Shown in pieces: positions 12,386-26,616 of a stretch of 64,000 nt of DNA. Position 1 is the stretch's first letter; the number at the start of each line of letters is the position of its first letter. The DNA comes from Lytechinus pictus (Eukaryota): the NCBI RefSeq assembly GCF_037042905.1, contig NC_087261.1, positions 1,612,001 through 1,676,000 on the forward strand, in the 5' to 3' direction. The notes beneath the pieces were generated by a model. It saw nothing but the letters and a program-made list of their open reading frames with translations. It was not told the DNA's origin and did no database searches. Made by a program: the position numbers and the translations under genes.

Positions 12386-15338
12386 GTTTCTTATCAAATC
12401 GTGGGTACCGATACCGAATCTGAATGATGCCACTCGTGTAACCTTGAGCATTATCCGCAAATTGGCAAAATCCAATACGACCGCCAAAATATGCAAATTA
12501 TACATGGAAGTCATGAAAATTCTCACACAAATAAAATGTGTGTATAAACTGACTGTGTTGCAGGAGTAGATTACTCTATGACCATTTGTAAACAAGATTT
12601 TTGACAACGTGTTTATATTCTTGATATTCTTAATGGCCGCCAGAGACCCCTGTATACTCTATTTTATGTAGAATATAAAGGGGGGGGGGATAAAAAAGAA
12701 CACTTATTAAATGCATGTGATGTGATCTATGACTAGACCTCTGCCTAAGAACCTGATGGTTAACAAAATATGTCATTTTTATACTATATATGTGATAAAA
12801 ACTGTATTTTCATATTCAAAGTTGCTGCCATAGACGCCTTATATTATGAGGAATATAGAAAAGGAGACAAATGATTTTGACAACTTTTGAGTTTGGTTTA
12901 CTATGAAATGCCTATGAAAAGAGAGATATTAGTGGTACAATGTCTATCACCATGATTTGTAATAAAATATATAATTTTTTTTGCCACGTAGGTACTTAAA
13001 GGACAAGTCCACCCCAACAAAATGTTTATTTGAATAAAAAGAGAAAAATCCAACAAACATAAACACTGAAAATTTCATCAAAATCGGATGTGAAATAAGA
13101 AAGTCATGGCATTTTAAGGTTTTGCTTAAATTCACGAAACAGTTATATGCACATCCTGGTCGGTATGCAAATGAGGAGACTGATGACATCCTCCACTCAC
13201 TATTTCTTTTGTATTTTATGGAATATGAAATATTCTAATTTTCTCCTCATTGTCAAGTGAAACAACAATAATTCCTCCCTGAACATATGGAATTAGCATT
13301 GTTTAATACTATATGGTTCAGTCAAATTGGTCCATAAAGTCAAATTTGTAAAAAATGAAATATTGTATAATTCAAACAATAAAAAAACAAAATAAATAAT
13401 GAGTGAGGGACACCATCAACTGTCTCATTTGCATGTCACTGAGATGTGCATATCACTGTTTTGTGAAAAATAAGGAAAACTTTAAAATGCCATTACTGTC
13501 TTATTTTACATCCAATTTTGATGAAAATTTCATCGTTATCCTACTTTGATTTTTATCTATTTAATTCAAATCAATATTTTCCTGTGGTGGACCTGACCTA
13601 TAAGAGCTGTATTTTGAAATTCAAAATGGCCGCCATAGGCCCTGTGTAGTGGTGAAACTAATTTTCACAAGAGTAAGAACCATAAAAATGCATGTAATCG
13701 TGATCTACGGGAGTAAGATTTGTATGAAAACGTATTTTCTAGCAACAGATATCATTTTTTGCCACATGCATGAAATAAATGCTGTATTTTGAAATTCAAA
13801 ATGGCCGCCCTAGGCCCTAACAGTATTATGTGCAACGTAAATGGGGATAGATAATATTTATAGAAATTTGATTTGCTTGACTATGAAATGCATATAATTC
13901 TGCTGTATGAGTGAATCATTATCTGAAAACATGATTTTTATGAAATGTAGCATTTCTTCTGCCGTTTAGGTGATAGATACTCTATTTCAAAATTCAAAAT
14001 GGCAGCCACGAGCCTTTCTGATTTATGTAACAATTGAATACGGAAACTAATTTTCACAAGAGTTAGAACCTCAAAATGCATGTAATTGTGATGTATGAGT
14101 AAAATATTAAATGAAAACATTATTTCTAAGTAGATATATCATATATTAGCCAAGTAGGTGATAAATGCTGTACTTTGAAATTCAAAGTAGCCGCCATAGC
14201 CTCTAAAAAGTATTTTGTACATGGTAAATTGGAACAGATAATTTTGACAAAGTCTGGATTTTCTTGACTATGAATTGCATGTTATTTGTTGTATGAGGGA
14301 AATGTTTTATGAAATCATGATTTGTACATATTATATACTGTGTCATTACGGTGAAAAATGGCCGCCATAGCATCTTATCGTGTTATATACAATTTGAATG
14401 GGGACAAATAACTTTCACTAAGTGGGATATGGCAGCTATTTTGAATTTTAAATTGCAGAAGTTATCACCTAAATGAATTATATACTTCGATAGAAATTAT
14501 GTTTTCAGACAGTATTTCACTCATGCATCACCGTTTAGTCAGGCAAAGCAAAATTCTGCTAAAAATATTTGTCCCCATTAGCATTGTGCATAAACTGTTA
14601 GGGCCTATATAGCGGTCATTAAGAAATTCAAAATACAGTATTTATCACCTACCTGACATAATAAATTATATATCTTGTTAGAAATCATTTTTTTAGACTA
14701 TTTTTTGCTGATGGTGCTCACTCCTAAGAAAATCAGTGTCCCCATGTTCGCATTGTACACAATACAGTTAAGGTCTATGGCGGCCACTTCGAAATTTTAA
14801 ATACAGTAAATAACCCAAAGTTAATATGACACCAGAAAGATATTGTTCGTTAACAATTATGTCTTAGATAGTATTTCACTTACTCATCATAAATGCATGC
14901 ATTTTAGTGCTCACTGTTGTGATTTTTTTGTCCTCTTTCACATTGTATCATATTACTGTTACGGCCTTTGGTGGAAATCATGTTTTCAGACGTTATTTCA
15001 CTCATAGATCACAATTACTTGTATTTTAGTACTCACTTTTTTGTGAAAATTTGCTTTATCCAACCACATTGTACGTAATTAAGTATGCAGGGGTCTATAA
15101 CAATCATTTTGAATATCAGGAAAATAAAGAATTTGTAAAAAATCATGTTTTCAGACCTCCAACTACTACTGCGTCAGAATTACATACGTTTTATAGTCAA
15201 TGTGTGTGCAATTGTATGATTTTTATGGGTAATTTGCATATTTTGGCGGCCATATTTGATTTGCGGAAAATGTTCAAGGTTACACGAGCGGCATATCATT
15301 CAGATTTGGAATCAACACCCTCGAATCGTCAATAAACC
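12386..15338. mobile_element. Old foldback-like element with inverted ends and internal degenerate tandem repeats of roughly 180 bp (TTCAAAATGGCCGCCAT core)
   Basis: 12386-12500 is the imperfect reverse complement of 15230-15338. The internal repeat motif switches orientation near 14400. Confidence 0.6.
13000..13599. mobile_element. TTAA-target MITE with AGG termini (Kolobok/T2-type)
   Basis: TTAA|aggacaagtccacc ... ggtggacctgacct|ATAA, with long imperfect palindromic arms. Related fragments at about 51655-52040 and 54790-54960. Confidence 0.75.
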
Positions 15339-18300
15339 ATCACACATTGCATGTGACTCGAATCAAAACATCCGTTATTTTGTTATGCTTTCATATCTTT
15401 GGTGCCAAACCTTCATCAACATGATTTTTAAAATTATATTTGCTTTTATTAAAACAAACGTTACATAAGCAGGCTGTGAACTTCTTCTTAAACTGAAGAT
15501 GGCAACAATAGAGGTTGGATTATATGGAAATGGCTAGTTTGAAGATAGATCTCTGAGCACGTATACTTTAATAGATGTTAGTTGCAACATATTATTAAGT
15601 TTGAGTTATTGGGAAATGGGAGGGATATATAATTGTAGAACTTTTGGAGGAAGAATGGGAAAAATGAATTGAGGTGAAGCGAATTTTTAATAGCTTGTAT
15701 CATATCACGTGCATATTCGTCCAAAAATAGACCTGAATGCACGCCAGTACCAATAATTAATCACAATATTTGTATACTTTCAAAACAGAAGGGGTTTTTA
15801 AGAACGGGAAGGCTTATAAAAATGTATCTATCAGACAACGCAACAAGTAGTATATACAGACTCGATTCCAGGTACTGCAGTATACTTATTGCTTACAGTT
15901 TAGAGGAGTATATTGTGTACTGTATGAGCTGGGTTTGCAGTTAAGAAGCGTCCATACATTATACAACCAGTACTTTAATTGTAAAGATATGCATTATGGT
16001 ATTGTCATATTTCACCCCTTTGAATAAGTTTGACACCGTTCACTGCTCCACATGCTTTTTAACAAAAGGCCGGTACATCTGAGTTCACCGTTTCGGTTTG
16101 AAACAACAACACATCTCCATTACCAATGGACATGATGGAAGATACCTCGCTCCAGATTCTACATCAGCAGTTATTGGAACATCTGTGCATTTGTCAAATA
16201 AATTGACCTCAATTTCTTTTTAAAAAATAAATCCAAAAACAAAATGCCTAGATGTAATACTTGAATGTGCAATGATCATAATACTGATATACTAGGCATG
16301 CTCTGATATAATAAACGGCGGAATCAGGGGAATATGCCACATATTATGATTTTCAAGTAGTGAAAATACTCCTAAAAGAGTAGGTAATGAAAGGGGGTGG
16401 ACAAAAATGAAGAAGACGCCTAAGTATCAAGAGAACGGGCAGGGCCGTTTTACTATAAAGATACCCTAAATTGAGAAAATTGACGTCGCCTTAAAACGAA
16501 TTGCCTTGCCTGTGGGAGACCCCTGAAAGGGAATAACCATCACCCCTCCAACAGAAAAGAAAAATGAAATTAATGTCATGTAGCATAAACAATGGGGCCC
16601 AGCTTACGAGCAGTCTGCTTATCAAGGGTACCCCTCCATATTGTTTTATCTTGATAATGTCAATATTGTGTTATATTTACAATGTATACTGGTTTTTAAT
16701 GATGAAAAAAAAATGAATTGAATTACATTGAAAGAAATCATAGTTGCAACTTTAATTAGTTCAATTGTATGCTAAATGTAATGAAATTTTGGAAATTTGA
16801 ATATAATGGAAGCCGAGAAAAAATAGTTTATTTGAAGTTGGTTGCAAGATTATTGTCGTAAAAGTTAAAACATGAGAATGTTCACTTTATGATCATTGTC
16901 ATATTGGTAATAGTGCTGCAAAATTGATTACTTTTTTTTCAAAACTGCCTAACGGATATGTTCTGTACTGCAATTAATTTACAGAATTACTGAATTAATT
17001 TTGCAATAATAAAGCCATAGTCAACATGGTCGTTAAGGGGCAAACTGTGACTCGAAAATTAGTGTTGCAATCTACAGGTTATGTTCGATTTTGGATGTTG
17101 TCATTTTAATAATATGTGAATATCTTATCAAATCGGGACTAAAACACCGTCATTTTAAACTACAAAAAGTTCTGTCTTAAAAGAACACAGTAAAAAATAG
17201 TATTACACGAGACTGATCCTCTACCTAAATAATTACGTTTCATCTAAAGTTGGTATTTTTATTTGTTTCATAATGAAAGGGGTACACTAATTGGTTGCAT
17301 AATGCAAGACATGATTTATGCAAATGATGATGCAGAATCTCCTGACGTATTTTTGAAATCAAAATTAACGATTATAAAAAGGTATTTTATTCGTAGATCA
17401 GTGATTTTGTTTTTCATTTCATTCCAACGACAAAATATGAGGGAAACGATGTTTGGAGGTCCGTTTAAGAATTTACATATCTGTTTACTATTCATTTCAC
17501 AAAACAATCAATCATTTTCTTCTATGCACCTGCGATAGCTCCCTTACAATGTTAATAGTATCCTTACTTATGCAATCCTGAAAATAATCCCAGAGTAAAT
17601 TATCATTGTCATGATGGAATCTTGCCTTTTGTAAAACTCTGCAGTGTAGTACACAGCACAGTGCAGATCTCTCTATGCATATGCATTCCAACTTATACCA
17701 TGTATACGATTCTTTCTTCTTCTTTAAGAATTATGTAATTACTTTTATCTGATAGTTTATAGCTCATGTAGACACAATAGAAAATAATAACAGAATTTTA
17801 TTCTAATATGATAATTTTCCATTAGACTATTTAAAAAAAAAGTATGCGAAATAAAACATACCTGGATATGGTCTCGGTTTCAGCGTTAGGTCGTAAACAA
17901 ATTCTGGTAAATGAAATGATATTGCGTGAAATATTGGTCCACACGTCTAATGTATTCATTCTACCGTTCACTCGTCCACTTCATCACAGACGGGGGGGGG
18001 GGGGGGTGGTTGGAAATCAGTGGTCTTTCCTGTACCATTTCGAGGGTAGGGGGTTTCAAATCCAATTCGGTATCTGATGCGCTATTAATTCATTCAGATC
18101 TCATTTGATTTGAATCTCGTAATTTGGAATTTTCTCGCGGATCAGTCATGTTAGTAATTAGATATGTATCGCAATCCCCTTTACAGAGAGGCTCTTTCAT
18201 TCATTTGCTTTCTTTGTATTTTTAATTTGGTTGAATTCAAATTATTCGTTCTTGTTTTAAAAAATGTGTCCTTGCTTACCACTCAGTAATAGTTATGTAT

Positions 18301-20676
18301 AGATAGCAAAAGGCCTGAGAATATTGCTATCGTAAAAAAGGAATGAAAGGTATTATTATTCAATATTATTAACTGAATGGTATTTCAAAATCTTACTACA
18401 ACGTTTTCATTTAAAATATCATAATTTTCGCTCGCGCAGCTTGCTTTCTCGTGACAAGGCCTATTAATATCTTGTTTTAATCATTTTATCTATTTCATTT
18501 GTTTTCTTATTTATTTTTTTAATTTTTTTTTTGGGGGGGTCATTACGCCTCTGTCCGGGGACCTACCTGAAAGTATATATTTGTGTTTTCGATTTATGCT
18601 CGCAAAATGTGCATGAAGTAATGAAAGAATGGTGAAAAAGGGGATTATTTGTTGGTGTATCATTTTCTTGAGGATCAAAATGTTGTATCCAATCACGTAT
18701 AAGTTATAAGCATGTTTTCGATGTTAAGGTACACACTCATTAGTAGGACTAGGTAATGGGATTGTTTCTGAAGCCTCAGTCACAAGGCAGGTGAAAACGA
18801 CTGTAGACCGAACAAATCCCTTCACGTTACTTTCGAGCCCATTTGTCGGTTTAATTAATTTGGAATCGATTTCGTTATTTTGACTGTAGAGGGGCAATGT
18901 GTATCAAGGTGGGATATACCATAACAGTTCACAATTGAAATATTAATAGCTCAATGCCATCAGACCTCCCTGAACGACGCATTCACCACAATCTCGCCAT
19001 ACATGACTGCGTTCTTTCAGTAAGTTATTCGGTTAAGTTCCAGGATACAATAGACAGACGATAAAAGAGAGCAATATATACACGGGATATGAATGAAAAC
19101 AATCTACCACAACCGTATCGAACTATGCTATAGCCCTGAAAAAATAATATAAAACTTGAGATGTCAGGAATTATACGTAACGCAGATATGGCGTGTGTAT
19201 TTGTGTGGATGTGTTTGTGCATGTTAACATGCAATTATTATCTAACAATATTCGACAATAATAAGATAAAGACATTTGCAGGATCTTTCGAAATGTCTGA
19301 AGTGATTCTGCTGATCGGATGGAGGGATAGATCATATCAGAGAGATAGAGTAGAAGAATATAAAAAGGCCAAGTTGGTAATATGTTGTGGATGATAGTGA
19401 GTGAGTATTCGCTCTGGGATGAACGACGGATTCGAGAACACAGTATCATGTATTGAAAATACCCGTCATGATTATGACAAAAACACCTGTGAGGTCTTTG
19501 TCGAAAGCTGATGAGCCGGAACAGCAGTTTCGTCCTAAGTTTCAGAGCTGACGAAAAATTTGCAAACGATATGTTCTTTGTCTAGAGTCTTGGACGAAAT
19601 CGCTCTTTAAATTTACCAATTTTTCGACAAAGACTTCTTTGGTTGGTCTTTGTCATTGAGGGCATTTGACAATACATTTTATTGGTTATTGATTCCGTCG
19701 TGCATCGTAGAGAGAGAACTCCGTATTGGCACAGAATAAGAAATATTTAAATGTGATTATTTTCATCAGGCTTCAAATTTAATACCATGATGATAATTGT
19801 TTCATTGCTATAATGCAATATTTATTTGTTTGATCATTTATTTGTTTTAGGGGGTATATATTCTCTTTATATTCAAATGATGTTGATTTTCGGCTGGATT
19901 CGGTATAGTTTAGGTTCGCGTTTGGATATCCTTAGTATATTTCAATTTATCCTCGTAAAAACTGCCTTTCAAAGTGTGTGCTCTAAGAAGCTTCCTATGT
20001 ATCCGCGTAAATGAGCTTGAATGAAATGACGATAATAAACTTGCTCAGACAATGCAGTAACATAGCAACCATGGGTGTCGATTCGGGGGGGGGATGGGGG
20101 ATATATCCCCCCTAATATTTCAGGTAGGGGATGGCCTGTGTAATCATCCCCCCAATATTTGAGGTCGAACATTTTGATATGTTAGTGATGAATCATATGA
20201 CAAGTTATATAAATTATAATCAAAACAATTGTTATTATCATTATCATGTGTAACAGATATAAATACTAATTTCTCTGGTATAGGGAGAAGTGAAACGTGG
20301 TTGAAAGATAATGAAAATTTATTACCAGTGTTCAGTTTAAATGGTTATAATTTTGTGAATAAAGGAAGAAAGGATCGTATCGTTGGTGGTGTTGGTTTTT
20401 TCATAAAACATGTAAAAGATACAATGAAATTTAAAATACGTACCGACTTACATGTATTTGTTAACGAAGTTGAAACATTATTTACTGAACTGAAGTTTAA
20501 TAGACATAATGTTATTGTGGGCATTATTTATAGACCACCATCTCAGTCAGTACTTTCTTTTAAAGAATATATCGAGCCAATGCTTTTTAAAATTATCAAC
20601 GAAAACAAATCCTGTTACGTAATTGGAGACTTTGACATTGATAATTTTCTACACGATTCGTTACAGTCATCTGAAT

Positions 20677-23600
20677 GGGTTATTATAATCACTCGGGTCG
20701 CGGGCGCGTTCGAAATCACTCGGGTTTTGGATTTTTGGCGATTTTTTGGATTTCGATGCAATTTTTTTAAGGTGTCTTCAATGGGACAAACACGCTGGGA
20801 AAATAAAATTAAATTGAAATTCGAGTTTTGTTTTAAGCCGGCAAGTGCCTTAAATAAAATGTACTCGACTACTGTTTTAACATAACAAACAAGCAAATCA
20901 GCCATGTGGCTCAACTATCTTATAATACATCCGGACTTCTACTGTGTCTTATACGTGGACTCCGAGTCGGAACCTGCCATATCTGCCACATCGATATTAC
21001 ATCGTCATTCCCATATGCGGACATGCCTGCATGCAATGGCCCCAAGGCGGGACCCGGCCTAGCCTCTTGTCGAGGCCCAGTCGGCTGCTTTCCGAGCGAA
21101 CATGTCGAAGCAAGGAAGAGAGCGAAAAAAAAACCTAGACGGCTGCCAGCTGTCTAATACGTAATGAGCTGTGAGGACGATCTTTCCGATCGGCGTTTTA
21201 AAATTATGCTATTAATTATTGTCCATTTCTCATAAAATTGGTCTTATTTTATAAAAGGGCCATATCGTGTTTTAAGTTACTGGAGACCTAAAAAATTCCC
21301 TACCTAAATTCTCGAGACATTGCATTAGGTGATGTGCTTGACTGATCTTCTTTGTGCTCGCGGCGAAACGTATATGCGTTGATCTGAACGGGGAGTTTTT
21401 CTCTCTCTCTGTCTCTCCTACCTTTCCGAAATTAAAATAGTCCCTCGATCCGACACACTGTTATTTAGACGCAGGACAAATAATGCTCTGACAACCAAAC
21501 TAACTTCTCGTCAGCATCAGTAAAACTGTGAATGGGCTTAAAACTAATACTAAAACTGATCTAAAATTGATCTTAGATTGATTTTAATATTGATTTAAAA
21601 ATCGATTTAAATCAATTTTAAAATCGTAATTGTACCTGTTCTAATTATTCCATCAACTCCTCTTTTCCCTCCTCTCCAAAACCACTCTGCCACTTTTAGA
21701 CACTTATAATTTTAAAATCGATCTTAAAATCGTATTTTAAATCGATTTTAAAAGCTCAAACATATTTAAGACAGTTGGCTAGCCACGATATCGCCTTATC
21801 AATCCCTATTATTTACTCCTCCTTTAGGGCTCTCCCCGTATTAAAAAACATTAAAATCCCATAGACGGAGCCCTAAAGGAGGACTAAATAATAAGGATTG
21901 ACAAGGCGATATCGTGACTAGCCAACTGTCTGAAAGTCGCAGAGTGGTTTTGAAGAGGAGAGAAAAGAGGGGTTGATGGAATAATTCGGTTGATTTTTAA
22001 AATTGATTATAAAATCGATTTTGAAATCAAGTTTACAATCGAAAGTAAAATCGTATTTCAAATTGGTTTTAAAAGCTCAAACATTTTCTGAGACAGTTGG
22101 CTAGCCACGATATCGCCTTGTCAATCCTTATTATTTAGTCCTCCTTTAGGGCTCCGTCTATGGGATTTTAATGTTTTTTAATACAGGGAGAGTCCTAAAG
22201 GAGGAGAAAATAATAGGGATTGACAAGGTGATTTCGTGGCTAGCTCGTGGCTGTCTTAAAAAATGTTTGAGCTTTTAAAATCGATTTTAGAATTTTAACT
22301 GTTTAAAAGTGGCTGAGTGGTTTTGAAGAGGAGGGAAAAGAGGGGTTGATGGAATAATTTTGGACAGGTATAATTACGATTTTAAAATAGATTTTAAAAT
22401 CAATTTAAAAATCGATTTAACTTCAATTTTAGATCAGTTTTAGTATTAGTTTTAGAAGCCCATTCACATGTTAACTGATGCTGAGAAGTTATTAGGCCCC
22501 TGTTACATCTGAAAGTTTCCTACCCGAGACCCGACCGAGTCCACTTGCAACCTTGACTGGATTATTGGTGGATTAGCTTCGCGAACGGACCGAGTCCGAA
22601 ATGTGGTCTGTTTACATCACAGCGTTCATTCCCTCCCCTATCGGTACGGTTTCGAGCGGTATCCGATTGCTGACACCAAAGGGCACTCTCGATCTAGGCT
22701 CTGAATAATTTGCGCGCGCTAATTGAAGTTGTTTACATTTCGTTATTCTGGAAGCATGCTGATGATCCCAGCAGTCGTTGAAGATATGATCGATTTGAAA
22801 AGAATACGTTTAAAGGGCTTCCTTTTTTCCACTAAAATCAAAGACTTTATCAATCACAATTCACATGTCAAAAGCCGCAAAACATTCGAAGAACGACGGG
22901 GCAGGGGAGGTAATTTGACAGCTGGCGAACGGACCGAGATAGGTTTGAAAGCTTGTGTGTGTTTACATCTACGAATCGGTGGACCGGGGCCGGCCCGATA
23001 CCTACCCGAGACTACCTCTTGATGTGGTCTCGGGTAGGTTCGCTAAAAGGTGGCCCGAGGTAGGTTTGGGATGTTTACATCTGATTTCTTTCCGACCCGA
23101 GGTAGGCCCCGGGCCGGCCCGAGGTAGGGAATCTCTCAGATGTAACAGGGGTCTTATGGTTGTCAGAGCATTATTTGTCCTGCGTCTAAACTGTGTCCGA
23201 GGGACTGTTTTGTCGGAAGGTAGGAGAGACAGAGAGAGAGAAAGAATTTTAGGTGGGGAATTGTTAAGGTCCCCAGTTACTTAAAACACGATAAGGCCCT
23301 TTTATCTATAAAATAAGACCAATTTTATAAGAAATTGACAATTCTTAGAGCAACATTTTAAAACGCCGATCAGAAAAATCGTCTTCACAGCAGCTCATTA
23401 CGTAAATGCATTAAATCACGGATGGCTATGCATACCGCTGAATAAAATACTTTCGGACGGGCTGCGGACTGACTGGCACTGTATAACTTACGTTGGATCT
23501 ACCTCGGCTCGACTCACGTTAGCTTGCTCCATGCTACCGATGCACGTCGTGTCCGACCGCGGCCGGGTCCCGCCTTAGGGCCATTGCATGCAGGCATGTC

Positions 23601-23970
23601 CGCTTATGGAAATGATGCGATGTAATATTGATGTGGCAGATATGGCAAGTTCTGACTCGGAGTCCTCGTATATATAGTACAAGTCCGGATCTATTATAAG
23701 TTAGTTGAGCCACATGGCTAATTTGCTTGTTTGTTATGTTAAAACAGTAGTCGAGTACATTTTATTTAAGGCACTTGCCGGTTTAAAACGAAACTCGAAT
23801 TTCAATTTCATTTTATTTTCCCAGCGTGTTTGTCCCATTGAAGACACCGTTAGAAAAAAATGCATCGAAATAATAAAAGAAAAATCGCAAAAAATCCAAA
23901 ACCCGAGTGAATTCGAACGCGACCCGAGTGATTGCGAACCCGCCCGCGACCCGAGTGATTATAATAAGCC
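20677..23970. mobile_element. 3.3-kb foldback (almost wholly palindromic) non-autonomous DNA transposon with 8-bp TSD
   Basis: Termini gggttattataatcactcgggtcgcgggcg / cgcccgcgacccgagtgattataataagcc. TSD ATCTGAAT at 20669-20676 and 23971-23978. The arms stay complementary inward to about 22000. Confidence 0.92.
22495..23153. mobile_element. PIF/Harbinger-like MITE in the right arm of the foldback element
   Basis: TTA|ggcccctgttacatctga ... tcagatgtaacaggggtc|TTA. The corresponding site in the left arm (about 21490-21520) is empty. Confidence 0.85.
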
Positions 23971-26616
23971 ATCTGAATTACAATTCATGAGTTCATATAC
24001 ATTAACACCTGTTATTGATATATAAACCCACCAGTCACGCTCGGAACTTCTACTTCGTTGGACAATATTTTCGTTAATGATTTGAATAATATTTCTTGTC
24101 TGGTATTATAACATACCCGATAAGTGATCACATGCCCATATTTAGTTATACACTGTCTGATATTGATTCACCAGGGAAAATCACTCATCACCAAGGGTTA
24201 GATTTATTAATGAAGAAAATGTTTATCATTTTGTTCTTCATTGCAGGACATTAATTGGAATACCGTACTTAATGATTCCTCTAACAATTTGTATGTAAAC
24301 AATATGTATGATGCATTTATGAATGTATTCAGTAGATTGTATAATACACATTTTCCTAAGCTTGGATATAGATAAAACAAAATAAAAAGGAACCCCTGGT
24401 ATAAAAGAAAATCCTTGAAAATGCTTTCTTGTAAAAAGAATTCCCTTTACCACAAGTTTATTAAAAATCCAACATCGTACAGAGAAATTGTTTAAAAACA
24501 ACGGAATATTGTAAATTCTGCTATTAGCAAAGCTAAAAGAGATTATTATGAATTATGAAAGAAAGTTTGGTTCCGTTAAAAACGATTTAAAGGGAACTTG
24601 GAAGGTAATTGATAACGTTTTGAAAAAGGAAAAGAAACCTGAATTTCCATCTCTGGTGGTTGACAATACTTGTTTAACAGAACCTTGCGATATTTTGTTG
24701 CATTCTAATCAATATTTTGTTTCTATTGGAGATAGTATTCTTGATACCATGCCTCTTTGTAACAAGAATCCATCAGACTTTATATCCATTGTTTACCCAC
24801 ATTCATTTCTTTGTACAGCCATACATGAACTTGATGTTATAAATGCTGTATTGGGATTAAAAGATGGCAAGAGCCCATGGCATGATGAAATTGATAGCAA
24901 AGTTTAAAAAAAAGTCAATTCATGTAATAGCTCCAGTACTGTCACATAAATTCAATGTTTCTATTGAAACTGGATGCTTTCCAGAATCTTTGAAAATAGC
25001 CAAAGTCTTGCCTTTATTTAAAAAGGGAGAAAAACATTTGTGTACAATCGTCCAGATTCACTTTTATCTATTTTCCTAAAGGTATTTGAAAAATTAGTTT
25101 ACAACAAACTAATGTCCTTTATAAACAAACGTAATATATTATACAATAAACAATTTGGATTTCGATCGGGAAATTCTACATGCACGGCTCAGCTGGAATT
25201 TATTGAAAATATCAATACAGCATTTTAAAACAAAAACATTGGGTTGGGTATATTTCTGGACTTTTTTTACTCAATAAATCACAAAATGATATCACATAAA
25301 CTTCATCATTATGGTATAGGAGGTACTTTTTTAGAATGGTTTAAGAGTTATTTGAGTATTAACAGACAACAGTTTGTATCCATAAGTGGTATAAATTATC
25401 CATTACTACAAATAAACACAGGCGTGCCGCAAGGTTCAAACCTCGACCCCTTGTTACTTTTATTATATATCAATGATGTCCAATATTTTAGTCACCAACT
25501 GTGCCATTTTATTTTTGCGGATGATATAAGTTTCTTTCTGTCAGGTAAAAGTATTACCGATTTAAATTCTATCCTGAATGTAGAAAAACCTAGGATCGAA
25601 GAGTGGTCTCTTATAAATGAATTAGTTATTAACTCCTCTAAGACAAATAATATGATATTCAAAACAAAAAATTAGAAACTTTTTGACAATCTTAGTGATA
25701 TCTACTTGAATGATAAAAGCATATTACAAGTTTCTACAATTAATTTTCTTGGAATCACTTTTGATGAAAACCTGTCATGGTCTTCTCATGTAAATGTAAT
25801 TTCACAAAATAGATATTGTGCTATTGTTGTTTCATTTAGAATAAGACATTTTATACCACGTCAAATTTTATTGTACATTTATAATGCAACCATTTTACCA
25901 CATTTATCTTACTGCACAATGACTTGGGGTAGCAGTGCTCAAACACATTTATATAGAGTCTTTGTCTACAGAAAAGAGCATTACGAGCAATTAATAGTCA
26001 CCTTTCGCAAACCTAACACAAAAGTTAACGATTAATCATACACTTGATTTTTAAGATCGATTGTACATTATAGTCAATAGAATCAAACGTAGAAAACTGC
26101 TCTACAATCATTGCTAAGCTTTGTGTTACTGGCCCTATAGATCTGCTTTTCGTGTGCAAACTTCTTTCACGTGACACCCGCACCATACATGCATGTACAT
26201 TACGACTAATGGTCATCATCGTATATGCCCCCTGAGCCGGCGGCGAGCCTCTACCATGACAGCTGGCTGGATATTCGAAATGCAGGGACTACAATAGATT
26301 ATGACATGGACAAGAACGTGGTTTTTCAAACAAATCGAGTACATGTTGAGTGAGGAAAAAGCTACTGAATTAAGGCTTAGATATAGATCATTACAGTCCA
26401 TCGAATCGATATTGCATTTAATGTGGATTATTGGTGGATCACTGGCAATTGATTCAATGGATCAGATCACCTCTCCAGCCGAAACCATTTCGCATGCGTT
26501 GATCATGTTGATATGTACACGGCATAGGCAATAGGCCTAAACGTCTGAACACCAGCCGAATTTGCGGGTTTTTTCTTTTGCTTACTCCTACACAAACGAT
26601 ATGCCTCTAGCACACA

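Larger units (their letters stand above)
20245..26030 (+). mobile_element. Decayed CR1/L2-type LINE ORF2 (APE endonuclease + RT), interrupted by a foldback element
   Basis: Endonuclease motifs SETWL, GIIYRPP and GDFDID before 20676; SLDNIF and SDHMPI after 23978. RT motifs PLFKKG, QFGFR, GVPQGS and FADD in frameshifted ORFs 24548-26035. Confidence 0.92.

Noticed and set aside
17855-18010. Possible non-coding first exon or promoter of the fucosyltransferase (minus-strand CAG|gtatgt near 17861)
   Set aside because: A donor-like motif alone is insufficient without transcript data.
20615-24025. Two similar ORFs on opposite strands (MSHMADLLVCYVK / MSHMANLLVCYVK)
   Set aside because: They are the two TIR arms of the foldback element, not duplicated genes.
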